DNA of 40,621 nt from a phage. This document shows positions 10,469 through 19,527 of the stretch, one piece after another; the stretch's first letter is position 1, and every line of letters begins with the position of its first letter. The stretch is from the sequence record PX596819.2, one strand, 5' to 3'. The notes beneath the pieces were generated by a model. That model made no database searches, had not been told where the DNA came from, and was given only the letters and a program-made list of their open reading frames with translations. The position numbers were made by a program, and so were the translations under genes.

Positions 10469-12737
10469 TTAGTACGTTTGCGATACCCTCCAGTGAGACG
10501 TCATTGTACATCCCACCGCGCTTCTCGATGTTGTCCTCTCGGTCAGCTCGACGTTTGTCACCAGCAGCTTTAGTCCAGACGATACGCGCTCGCTTGTTAG
10601 CGTCACGTTCTGCCTGAGCATATGCGGCATCTTGTTCCTTCTGCTGTTGTTCGCGGTAGAGTTTACCTACAAGTTCTTTATCGTAGCGAATACGAATAGT
10701 CCCTGTAGCGTCTTGGAGGAAGATAGAGCCGTTCTGTTCAAAAACGGACAACTGAGAGTTCACTACCCAAGGGTTGGCCTTAATGAGCTGCTTACGAGCG
10801 GTGTCGATAATGTCTCGACCCACCTGCCACGACTCTAGGTTATCCCCGACAATAAGCTGGTGCTTGGACACCATGCCGATGGACTTACCGTCAGAACCTT
10901 CAGACTGGAACGTTACTGTGTTCTCATTCAGCCAGCGTTGAGTCTGCTGAGTTGCATCGTCAGCGTTACCTGTACGATAGTACCATGAGTCCCAGACCTT
11001 ACGAGCACTTGCGTCCAGAGACGTAGGAATACGCGAAAGGTCCTTATTCCGAGAGTCGTTCTTCAGCTCCTGCCACGCCTTGTCTGACTCCATGCGCATC
11101 TCACGGCTTTGACTTGCAGCTTGCTTATCAGCTTCAATCATCGTCTGAGGGTCCAGACCCATCTTGTCCATCTGGTCGAACGTAGAGAACAACTGAGCTT
11201 GGTCAGGATACAGAGCAGCGAAACTTGAAGGGTCCTGAGTGTAGGCACGACGAAGAGACTCGAAGCGTTTCATCTTGTCTGGGTCGTACTGTCCACGGAT
11301 GACCGCAGCTTGCCACTCACCAGCAGCGTCCTGAGTAAGCGTCTGGAAGGCATTACGGAACGGACCGTTGTTAGTGTCAGCCCTCAACAATGCCACCTTC
11401 TGAGCGTCCTTAGCGGCCTCAGGGATGTCCATCTGGTCAATCTGCTGTAGCTTGGCAGACGCATAGTTGTTCATGTCAGAACGCTTGAACTCGCCTGTAG
11501 CGTCAGAGACCGGAAGGTCCTCATAGTTGGTGGACACGTTGTCCCCAGCCAGACGTCGCTGATACACTTGGTCAATGACCAGTTGCTTGTTCTGGGTCTG
11601 GATTAACTTAGTGTTCTCCTTCGCCTGTTCAGCAGACTTACGCTTTACAGCTTCAAGCAAGCTAGCTTCGGCATTAATAAGCATCTGACGCTGAGGCGTT
11701 AGTTCTTCACCTGGCTGAAGCAGGTTGTTCTGCTCCTTGAGTTTCTGAATCTGGGCAAGACCGATGGTTGGGTCATCCTGAAGAATCGCAGACTGAACGC
11801 CTAACGCTAAGTCTTCCTGATACTTAGCCACCAGCTTGTACTCAGTACCTTGAGCCTCAACCACAGCAGCATTGAATACGTCAGGGCCTACAATCTCTTC
11901 GATGGTAGCGTCAACACCATTAAGGGTGATACGCTCGCCACGGACTTGCTGTAGGAAGTTTGAGCCTCCTGACTTCTGGATTGCGTCACGGACCGTCTGG
12001 GTGATGACCTCTCGTGCTCTCTGGTCCGAAGGTATAGCAGCAGTCGTCAGTCCATCCCGAAGGTAGGCCATGAAGGTCTTTCCAGACTCAGGCGAACGCA
12101 TCAGGTCCCCATCGTTAAGGAACGAGTTCATCTCAATACGAGTGTTCAACATTGCTGTCTCTTCAGACTGCTTGCTGAAATACTTATTGAATGACCCGTA
12201 GATAGCGATGTTTCGGTCCGTGATGTTATCGTTGAAGCCACGCTGGAAGAACTCGTCGGTAGGGTTAATACCCGCCTCTTCAGCATAGGACTTAGCGGCA
12301 TCCTGAAGTCGCTGGTGGCGATACTCTTCCATGTCCTGACGCGTACGGAACTCACCGTTCTGAATCTTAACGTTAATCTCGTCGTCTACAGCAAAGGCAG
12401 CATTACGACCAGTCTTGACTCGAAGTGCTTCCATAGCGTAAGGGTCATCCTGATACAGCAATGTGCCGTTCTGGATAGCCTCACGTCTTTGCTGAGGTGT
12501 CAGCTTACGGATAATCTCGTTAGACCGCTCGTCGGCCCGTGTTTTCTCCTCGTCTTTGAACTGCTTGTATAGTCCAGTACCAGACTCAACGAAGTTGGTT
12601 AACGCCCGAGCCAGACCTGAGTCACCAGTTGGAGCCTGAACGCTGGCTGCTTGATAGTTGACGGCGATAGTTTTACCCGGCGCTCTGCCACGACCCATAG
12701 TCCGATTAGCAAGAGCTGATTCAATATTACTAGCCAT
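10455..12737 (-). CDS. gp15: Internal virion protein C (gp15)
   Basis: 760 aa vs 747 in T7; position between gp14 and gp16. Confidence 0.88.
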   Translation of the reverse strand: MASNIESALANRTMGRGRAPGKTIAVNYQAASVQAPTGDSGLARALTNFVESGTGLYKQFKDEEKTRADERSNEIIRKLTPQQRREAIQNGTLLYQDDPYAMEALRVKTGRNAAFAVDDEINVKIQNGEFRTRQDMEEYRHQRLQDAAKSYAEEAGINPTDEFFQRGFNDNITDRNIAIYGSFNKYFSKQSEETAMLNTRIEMNSFLNDGDLMRSPESGKTFMAYLRDGLTTAAIPSDQRAREVITQTVRDAIQKSGGSNFLQQVRGERITLNGVDATIEEIVGPDVFNAAVVEAQGTEYKLVAKYQEDLALGVQSAILQDDPTIGLAQIQKLKEQNNLLQPGEELTPQRQMLINAEASLLEAVKRKSAEQAKENTKLIQTQNKQLVIDQVYQRRLAGDNVSTNYEDLPVSDATGEFKRSDMNNYASAKLQQIDQMDIPEAAKDAQKVALLRADTNNGPFRNAFQTLTQDAAGEWQAAVIRGQYDPDKMKRFESLRRAYTQDPSSFAALYPDQAQLFSTFDQMDKMGLDPQTMIEADKQAASQSREMRMESDKAWQELKNDSRNKDLSRIPTSLDASARKVWDSWYYRTGNADDATQQTQRWLNENTVTFQSEGSDGKSIGMVSKHQLIVGDNLESWQVGRDIIDTARKQLIKANPWVVNSQLSVFEQNGSIFLQDATGTIRIRYDKELVGKLYREQQQKEQDAAYAQAERDANKRARIVWTKAAGDKRRADREDNIEKRGGMYNDVSLEGIANVLIGKE

Positions 12738-12748
12738 TAGTCCTCCTC

Positions 12749-13336
12749 TTAGCTATGACCTGTAGGTGTGCCTTTAGCAGCACTAATTGGTGCAGCACCA
12801 CCAGAGCTTGATGCCCCAGATATTGATTTACCAGCGGCGTACCCCTGCATCCCGGCGCTTGCAACATTAAGTGCATGAGCCAGTGGGCTGGTCTTGATGA
12901 TTCTACCTTGACCTCGGATAGCAGACTTGGTGTTCTCAATGTTGGCGATACGGTTCCCGAAGATAGCCGCATAGTCGCGGTTGTAACTTTCGGTAATCCC
13001 TACTCTCTCCTTGACTGTATCTCCTTCGACCTGACGTTCAATCCTGTCCATAGAGTTACCTTCCAGACCGGACTCAGCCACCGCAGCTCGTACCATACCC
13101 TGATTGCGTACACCGTTGAGCGTGGTCTCTGTAAGTTCAGCCATCTGCTGCTCCTTCAGGTCTCGCTCCTGCATCTTCAGGTTGGCGTCAGAGTAGTTCA
13201 TCTGCTTAACCATTTCCTGAGCCTGTCGGTTCTGAGCGTCAATTGCTGCTCCTTCAGCCTTGGCCTGTTGTGATGCGGACATAGTGGCCCCGGCTACAGA
13301 CATGACTCCTAGACCGATACTTATGGGTTCACACAT
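12749..13336 (-). CDS. gp14: Internal virion protein B (gp14)
   Basis: 195 aa vs 196 in T7; synteny. Confidence 0.8.
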   Translation of the reverse strand: MCEPISIGLGVMSVAGATMSASQQAKAEGAAIDAQNRQAQEMVKQMNYSDANLKMQERDLKEQQMAELTETTLNGVRNQGMVRAAVAESGLEGNSMDRIERQVEGDTVKERVGITESYNRDYAAIFGNRIANIENTKSAIRGQGRIIKTSPLAHALNVASAGMQGYAAGKSISGASSSGGAAPISAAKGTPTGHS

Positions 13337-13791
13337 ACGTCCTCCTTAGAGATAGTGAATAGTTGAAAACGCTCACCAGTTACTGGGCTTACAGTCCAAT
13401 CATCATGGAATTTAGCGCCAAGCAACTTCAAGAATTTAATGTGAGACTTATTGCCTGACCACACGTAGTTCCAGATGGTACCGTATTGGTCTAACATTAA
13501 GTCCCTGTACTCAGAGATACGCTTTATGAACTCTCGCTTCTCTTTAGGTCTCAGCTTGTTGACCAGACCTGAAGTCAAGAACCATACGTTATCCCCTTGG
13601 TTTCCACCATAGGCAAACACTTCTCCTACACCGTTCGTTAAAACCACAGATGACGGAGATAGGTGCTTAAGCAGTCTTTCAGAGAGACCCACGGTTGACC
13701 CGTAGTTTGCTTTGCATTCATTAACATCATCTGCTGAAAGATGCCACAGAAAGTAATGGACATCTGGTTCCGTAGCCTTGCGAATATACAT
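13321..13791 (-). CDS. gp13: Internal virion protein A (gp13-like)
   Basis: 156 aa at the gene 13 position, directly downstream of a phage promoter. Confidence 0.65.
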   Translation of the reverse strand: MYIRKATEPDVHYFLWHLSADDVNECKANYGSTVGLSERLLKHLSPSSVVLTNGVGEVFAYGGNQGDNVWFLTSGLVNKLRPKEKREFIKRISEYRDLMLDQYGTIWNYVWSGNKSHIKFLKLLGAKFHDDWTVSPVTGERFQLFTISKEDVCVNP

Positions 13792-13820
13792 AAAGTCTCC
13801 TTATAACCTTAAGGGCCTAT

Positions 13821-13843
13821 AGTCCCTATAGTGATAGTTAAGG
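13821..13843 (-). promoter_or_regulatory. Phage RNAP promoter (phi13-like)
   Basis: Minus strand CCTTAACTATCACTATAGGGACTATAGG upstream of gene 13. Confidence 0.65.
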
Positions 13844-13867
13844 TAAATCTATAGGCCCTTCAATAAG

Positions 13868-16225
13868 TTAGACGGAACGAGCTTTCTTAGCGTATGACGC
13901 CTCCCAGCCACAACCAACGATGGACACTGGGGTAGGATAATCTGACTCTAAGGTTAGACTCGTGGTTAATGCGTTACCATTCATAGCGAAGCGATACTGA
14001 CCATCCCCAATGTTGGTAGTCCCGATGGTTTGCTGACCAAGGGTGTACCCGTTGAAGGTATTCACGAACTCCCGCTCACCGTTTCTGACAATGAGTCTCA
14101 GAGCGCCAGTGTCTTTGTAGTTGATCCAAGCCCGACGAAGCTGTAGACGACCAGTGTCTTCAGACTGAGTGCCACTATCATCTTCAATCTTAATCAGGAA
14201 CCGTGAGAACTTGTAGGACATCAGATAGGACCGTCCGATGAACACTGTGCGTCCTGACCAATCGCCGTTGAGGATAACAACAGTAGAGATACTGGTCAAG
14301 TCCCCAAGGTCCACATAAGCACCCTGACTGTCAATTAGATAGTACCGACCGGGAGACGGAGCGTTGCCGCCATAAGCAGCACCAATGTCAACCGTAGTCT
14401 TATAGGTGTCAGCATTATATGAGCCAATTGGAATTACCATAGACACCTTGGAGTCAACGTGTAGTCTATATGGCTCTGACGGTAAGTCAGTTGCCTCCTT
14501 GATGAACTTAAGGTGCTCAATGTCTACCCCTCCTTGGTGCTGACGAACGATGAACATGGTAGAGCCAATAGAAGCAGACGCCAGAATCTTATCATCTTTA
14601 GGGAACTCCCAGTGTGACCAAGAGGCTTGAAGCTGTACGCCGTCCTTAAACAAGAACTTGTAGATGTAGATACGGTTGTATGCACCTGTAGAGTTGACGC
14701 AGATGTAGTTCTCAGTCCCTGTACCTTGAATATCAAACACCCCGTTAGGGATGTAGGACAGTACGTGACCAGTTGTATCATCGGCATCCTTCACATCAGA
14801 CACATCAGCTACAGCGAAGTATCGCTTAATGCTGGTGAATGACCCACGAGGAGCTGAGAAGAAGACTGAGCGTCCTACAGCGAACGGTCTGGCATTATCA
14901 CCTAAGGCAAACTCTGAGCCTACATCAAGCTGGATAGACTTCGCAGTTAGGACCCCAGAGCTTGTCATCACGAACTGCACCTCGTCTGACCAAAGTAGTA
15001 GTTGCTCGCTAAACGGGACTGCATACTTAAGGATTGAGATTCTAGGGTGACTTACGGCTACGTCAATAGGGTCGTCATCACTAAGTGTCGCCACACTCTT
15101 AGGGAAGAACGCAAAGTAGCTGGCTGAACGACTCATGATTACGTTCTCTCCTGACAGGAACCCCAGCCTGTTCCTGTAGAAGAACACATCGTTAATCGTA
15201 GCATCCACGAAGCTAGGCATGGGGTTTGTGTCATCATTACCAGCACCACGCTTAGACCAGTCCAGAGTCTTGAACTCAAAGGAGCCGTCAGATTGTCTCA
15301 CCAGAGCGTGAGGCATTGTGGTGTTATCGAACCCAGTGACCACTCCCGGCTCTACTGTCTCCTTCCACGTCTTAGTGTTGGAGTCATACATCACGTAATA
15401 TTCATCTGCACTACTGTTGGTCTCACCTTGGATCTTAATGATATACCCATTAGGAGCTGCAAGAGGTAGTTTAGAGATTGTCTGCACAGTGTCTAGGACT
15501 GGGCTTATTAGCTGATTAGCGTAGCCATCCTCCGTCTCCACTGAGTTAATGTTGGTCCCTGAAGGGGCTGTGATTAGCAGGAAGCCAGACCCAAGGTCGA
15601 ACGTGAAGGTAGGATAGGCAGCAACAAGAAGGTCTCTCAGAGCTGCACCGATGGCCTGAGCATCCACCTTAGGTGGGTCATTCTCGGCATCATTACCTGC
15701 TGGCAACTTATGTGAAACCTTAACGCCTCCATTGATTCCAACCTTAAGGGTGCGACCATACTGTCCACCACGCAGGTTGATTAAAGCACGAGCTTTACGA
15801 TTATAACCAGAGTGTGACTTCTCGCTTCCACCTTTAACGACAACCTTACGGTTAACAACGAACGTATAGTCTGCCACGGTAACGACACGGATGTCATCTC
15901 GTGGGTTGGAGGACTTAACGTAGTCTACCGCACCGGAAACTGAGTATTGATTACCACTCAAGTCAACTACCTGAATGTTGGACCCGTTGAACACGATGTA
16001 ATACTGCTCCTGCTCATCACGGTTAATCAGGTGGAACTTAGGGTTGCTCCCAACGTCGATGTCAAGACGTCGCTTGAAGACTGTAGGCGGGCGCTTCTGG
16101 AGGCCATCACTCTCTGAGGACCAGCAGTTAACCTGTGACTCGCCTTGGTCTGAGAACCTCAGTATATCAGGCTGCTGGCTAATGCCCCCTTTAAGATTTT
16201 TTATACTCTGTGTGATAAGCGGCAT
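13868..16225 (-). CDS. gp12: Tail tubular protein B (gp12)
   Basis: 785 aa vs 794 in T7; synteny. Confidence 0.9.
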   Translation of the reverse strand: MPLITQSIKNLKGGISQQPDILRFSDQGESQVNCWSSESDGLQKRPPTVFKRRLDIDVGSNPKFHLINRDEQEQYYIVFNGSNIQVVDLSGNQYSVSGAVDYVKSSNPRDDIRVVTVADYTFVVNRKVVVKGGSEKSHSGYNRKARALINLRGGQYGRTLKVGINGGVKVSHKLPAGNDAENDPPKVDAQAIGAALRDLLVAAYPTFTFDLGSGFLLITAPSGTNINSVETEDGYANQLISPVLDTVQTISKLPLAAPNGYIIKIQGETNSSADEYYVMYDSNTKTWKETVEPGVVTGFDNTTMPHALVRQSDGSFEFKTLDWSKRGAGNDDTNPMPSFVDATINDVFFYRNRLGFLSGENVIMSRSASYFAFFPKSVATLSDDDPIDVAVSHPRISILKYAVPFSEQLLLWSDEVQFVMTSSGVLTAKSIQLDVGSEFALGDNARPFAVGRSVFFSAPRGSFTSIKRYFAVADVSDVKDADDTTGHVLSYIPNGVFDIQGTGTENYICVNSTGAYNRIYIYKFLFKDGVQLQASWSHWEFPKDDKILASASIGSTMFIVRQHQGGVDIEHLKFIKEATDLPSEPYRLHVDSKVSMVIPIGSYNADTYKTTVDIGAAYGGNAPSPGRYYLIDSQGAYVDLGDLTSISTVVILNGDWSGRTVFIGRSYLMSYKFSRFLIKIEDDSGTQSEDTGRLQLRRAWINYKDTGALRLIVRNGEREFVNTFNGYTLGQQTIGTTNIGDGQYRFAMNGNALTTSLTLESDYPTPVSIVGCGWEASYAKKARSV

Positions 16226-16234
16226 AGTCCCTCC

Positions 16235-16462
16235 TTAAATCATACTCATTATGACGTATCCTTCAGCAATGTCGCCAACGTCGGAAATGTGGACAACCTT
16301 ACGCGCTACCTGTTGTCCAGTATACCCGTTGTCCCACTCATTCAGGATAAGCCAGTCGCCAACCTTAAAGTCCCGGTCGTTAAGTCTCAGCTCTGCTGTC
16401 TTTAGACCTAGTTGTATCGGACCAAAGTGCTGGCGGTGAATCTTCAGGTTGTGACTAGCCAT
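16235..16462 (-). CDS. DUF3850 / ASCH-like small protein inserted between tail tubular genes
   Basis: 75 aa with the pattern LKIHRQHFGPIQLGLKTAELRLNDRDFKVGDWLILNEWD..GYTGQ..GYVIM, which I recognise as the DUF3850 (ASCH/PUA-like) family signature; T7 has no gene at this position. Confidence 0.55.
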   Translation of the reverse strand: MASHNLKIHRQHFGPIQLGLKTAELRLNDRDFKVGDWLILNEWDNGYTGQQVARKVVHISDVGDIAEGYVIMSMI

Positions 16463-17028
16463 TAGTCCCTCCCGATGTCAGACATCATGTTGTAACGACC
16501 AGTGTCCATCTCGTATTCCATGACCTGCTGATAGAGTTCTGCTTCCTGCTCACGAAGGTACAGTTCAGACTCTGGGCTACCGAAGAACTTAGCGTTGAAC
16601 TCACGGCTAGCCTTTGTAACGATGTAGTCCCTGAAGACCACTGGCATCTCAGAGAATGGTTTCATCTCAACAAGCTCTACCGTTATAGGGTCGGTGAAGG
16701 TGGTTGACTGAGTGGACAGGTCGTACAGGTATCCACCCATGTTGCTATAATAGCTGGTGGCCCCGGCAGTCATTACACGAAGGTATGACGGTAGGAATCG
16801 AATCCTGTTGTCTTTGACATCAGGTGTCAGGATAGCAGCTTCGTTGATGTTAAAGTTCCAGCCTTTAGCTTGGACCTGACGATTGACACGATGCAGGATA
16901 CGCTGAGCGTTCGAGATGTCAGCGTTCCCCTCGTCAAGCTGTAGGACTGCTGGTTCACCGATAGCAGCTAACATATCGTTGATGGCATCTAAATCATCGT
17001 TAGCGTTAAGTGGAATGTATTGAGCCAT
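16462..17028 (-). CDS. gp11: Tail tubular protein A (gp11)
   Basis: 188 aa vs 196 in T7; synteny. Confidence 0.88.
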   Translation of the reverse strand: MAQYIPLNANDDLDAINDMLAAIGEPAVLQLDEGNADISNAQRILHRVNRQVQAKGWNFNINEAAILTPDVKDNRIRFLPSYLRVMTAGATSYYSNMGGYLYDLSTQSTTFTDPITVELVEMKPFSEMPVVFRDYIVTKASREFNAKFFGSPESELYLREQEAELYQQVMEYEMDTGRYNMMSDIGRD

Positions 17029-17040
17029 AGGCCCTCCTTA

Positions 17041-17086
17041 AGCAAAAAAAAAAACCCTCAAGCACCCGAAGGCACCCAAGGGGTTT
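17041..17086 (-). terminator. Tphi-like intrinsic terminator after the capsid gene
   Basis: Minus strand AACCCCTTGGGTGCC-TTCG-GGTGCTTGAGGG followed by T11: GC-rich stem, UUCG tetraloop and U-tract; same position as T7 Tphi. Confidence 0.7.
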
Positions 17087-17089
17087 CAA

Positions 17090-18402
17090 TTAGTTTGTGA
17101 AAGATACGTTGAAGGAACGCACAGGCGAACCGTCATACAAAACAATCACTGGACCTTCCACGCCAGAGGTGGCCCTGAAGTAGAGACTGTTGGTTCTACG
17201 GGAGTAACTAACACCATCAGGCGTAGTAACATCAAGAAGCGACCAGTCGGTCACATCTGAAAGCTCCGGGAAGTCAACCTTCAAGCTGGTTCCCACCGTA
17301 GAACTATACGTCTCTAAGGTAGGACCCTCTGTAGAGAGGGCCTTAAGGGTCGTTAACCCCCTGCCGCTGCTGTGAAAACCAGTGCGCCAGCAGCTTCAGG
17401 ACGCAGGCCACCGTGTCCCATAGCGTACTTACCAACAATCAGGTCGCCCTGAGCATCGACGTCACGGTCACGTTCCAGTGCCAAATCACGCAGCTTAACA
17501 GTACCAACAGCAGAACGGTGAGAGAACAGGCCAACAACGTTGTCAAGAGCAACTTTAGTATCACCACCAGCAGTAGCTGGGAAGGCGTGCTTCTGACCAC
17601 TCGCAATAGTGATGCCGTCAGCGCCACGAGTTTCACCAGCACCACCCTGAGTCAAGTGTGGAACTTCAACAACAACGAAGCCCATCACGTTACGGATGTT
17701 ACCAGTCTCTGGGTCAATCAGCGCAGCATAGTTAGCAGCGTTAGGCATCAGAGCAGCGAGGATTGCAGAGTAGTTGTCAGGTGTGGTGTAGAAGTAACGG
17801 TCGCCAGCAGGAACGTAGTTGGCGGTCAGCTTCGCACGAGCAATAGTCAATTGACCAATGATTGCTTCACCTAGTTTAGCTGGAGTGTTGAGGTCAGCTT
17901 TCTTACCAACTTCCAGTACGGACGCAGTACCTAGACCAGCGATGTTCTCGTTGGATGCGGATGGTAGGTTGCACAGGATAGCCATTTCAGCCAGAACAGC
18001 ACCATCAGCAGCGATAGCCAGAGCTTCACCCAACTGGTTGGAATACTCACCAGCAACGTCATAGTGGTTCATCGCGTCTTCAATGTCGAAAATCATCACA
18101 TCGGCAGTCAGAAGACCATCAATGGTAATCACTTTCTCGGTATGTTTGATACCTTTGCGCTTATCGGACAGTCGCTCACCGGGAGCCAGATACACACCAG
18201 AGGTGCGACCCATGACCGGGAACTGAGCAGACTTGCCATTCTGAATGGTACGGACAATATGCTTGTCAGCCGTTACAGAGCGGCGAGTGAATGCGGTCAG
18301 GACTTCACCAGCAAATACCTTCAGGAACAACGCTAGAGCATCGGAACTGGATTTACCTTTACCTTGGTCTGTACCAATTTTCTGACCAGGAACGTTTGCC
18401 AT
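17090..18402 (-). CDS. gp10B: Minor capsid protein 10B, predicted -1 frameshift product of gene 10
   Basis: Slippery heptamer G GTT TTC (plus-strand gaaaacc at about 17374-17380) about 6 codons before the 10A stop; the -1 frame stays open to 17090, adding roughly 94 aa. The 68-aa track ORF 17090..17296 is in exactly that -1 frame. Confidence 0.5.
17353..18402 (-). CDS. gp10A: Major capsid protein 10A
   Basis: 349 aa vs 345 in T7; ends ..ALVFTAAAGG; strong promoter and leader upstream, terminator downstream. Confidence 0.93.
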   Translation of the reverse strand: MANVPGQKIGTDQGKGKSSSDALALFLKVFAGEVLTAFTRRSVTADKHIVRTIQNGKSAQFPVMGRTSGVYLAPGERLSDKRKGIKHTEKVITIDGLLTADVMIFDIEDAMNHYDVAGEYSNQLGEALAIAADGAVLAEMAILCNLPSASNENIAGLGTASVLEVGKKADLNTPAKLGEAIIGQLTIARAKLTANYVPAGDRYFYTTPDNYSAILAALMPNAANYAALIDPETGNIRNVMGFVVVEVPHLTQGGAGETRGADGITIASGQKHAFPATAGGDTKVALDNVVGLFSHRSAVGTVKLRDLALERDRDVDAQGDLIVGKYAMGHGGLRPEAAGALVFTAAAGG

Positions 18403-18505
18403 ATGATAATTCTCCTATTCAATTGAAAGATAAAGTTTATTACTTACTGTACGCCCAATCCGTATGGACTGAAGTAATATGGGAAACCTTGAGTCTTTCT
18501 CTTGG

Positions 18506-18528
18506 TCTCCCTATAGTGATAGTTTAGT
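18506..18528 (-). promoter_or_regulatory. Phage RNAP promoter (phi10-like), ACTAAACTATCACTATAGGGAGA
   Basis: Identical to the T7 promoter from -8 to +6 (TCACTATAGGGAGA) and different at -12 to -9; upstream of the capsid gene. Confidence 0.7.
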
Positions 18529-18529
18529 C

Positions 18530-19489
18530 CTACAGGCTTGAGGCTGCTACCTTAGCGCGAACTTCCATCGTGTACTTAGCGTCACGCAGGTATCGCGGGT
18601 CACTCATAGCCTTAATCATGTCAGCCTTGGAGCTGAATGCTTCGGTCTTAGGAGACTTAGGTGCTACCACAGGTTTAGCCTGAGTGGTGATGGTACGCTT
18701 AGGTTTAACACCTACAGCTTTACCCAGAGTCTTTCCAGCCAGATTGAGCAGAGCTTTGGTAGTCGCAATGTCCTTACGAACGATAGCAGCTTCAAGTGCT
18801 TCACGAGTTGACGGGTCGTTTGACTCAAGGTGGTACAGGATTCGATTAAACTGTTCAGCACCACCAGCGTAGCGAACCACACCAGCAGCATACTGTTCAG
18901 CCAGAGCTTCCTGACCCCGTACAAACGAATCTACGAAACGCTTGGTGTAACCTGCTTCCTGCAACTTAGCGTAGGATGCGTCAGACAGCTTACCGTCCTT
19001 GGCGTATTCAGCCTTGATAGCGGTAATTTCATCAGCAGTGACCTTGCCAGCTTCTACAGCAGAAGACACCATGTCGTCGAATGCAGCTTCGTTTTCATCC
19101 AGAGCGGTGACACTTTCGGTCAGATCTTTTGGTGCATCACCTAGTTCGATGAACTCAGGCTGCTCACCATCGGTCTCAGACTCTTCGTCATCTGACTCGT
19201 GGTCTTCTTCACCTTCAGTCTCTTCGACGTTCCCGTCTTCTTCGGTCGCCTCTTCGTTTTCGGCTTCCAGTTGCTTGAAGGTAATAGCGTCGTCGCCATC
19301 ACGAACAGCTACGTCCTGTTCAAGCATAGACTTCTGGTGTTCGTTCAGGTCCTCAACGGAACCAGTGATTGCATTAGAGCTAACGCCGAACTCGGCATAA
19401 ACTGATTGAGACATTAAGTCGTTCTCCTTTAAGTCGTTAATAGGAAACACAACAACCTGCCAGTCAGTTACGGCTGGCCATGCGTTCAC
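18530..19489 (-). CDS. gp9: Scaffolding protein (gp9)
   Basis: 319 aa, highly acidic with Glu/Asp runs; position between portal and capsid. Confidence 0.85.
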   Translation of the reverse strand: MNAWPAVTDWQVVVFPINDLKENDLMSQSVYAEFGVSSNAITGSVEDLNEHQKSMLEQDVAVRDGDDAITFKQLEAENEEATEEDGNVEETEGEEDHESDDEESETDGEQPEFIELGDAPKDLTESVTALDENEAAFDDMVSSAVEAGKVTADEITAIKAEYAKDGKLSDASYAKLQEAGYTKRFVDSFVRGQEALAEQYAAGVVRYAGGAEQFNRILYHLESNDPSTREALEAAIVRKDIATTKALLNLAGKTLGKAVGVKPKRTITTQAKPVVAPKSPKTEAFSSKADMIKAMSDPRYLRDAKYTMEVRAKVAASSL

Positions 19490-19504
19490 TCACTCAAGTT
19501 GTGT

Positions 19505-19527
19505 TGTTCCTATAGTGATAGTTTAGG
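19505..19527 (-). promoter_or_regulatory. Phage RNAP promoter (phi9-like)
   Basis: Consensus match upstream of gene 9. Confidence 0.65.
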
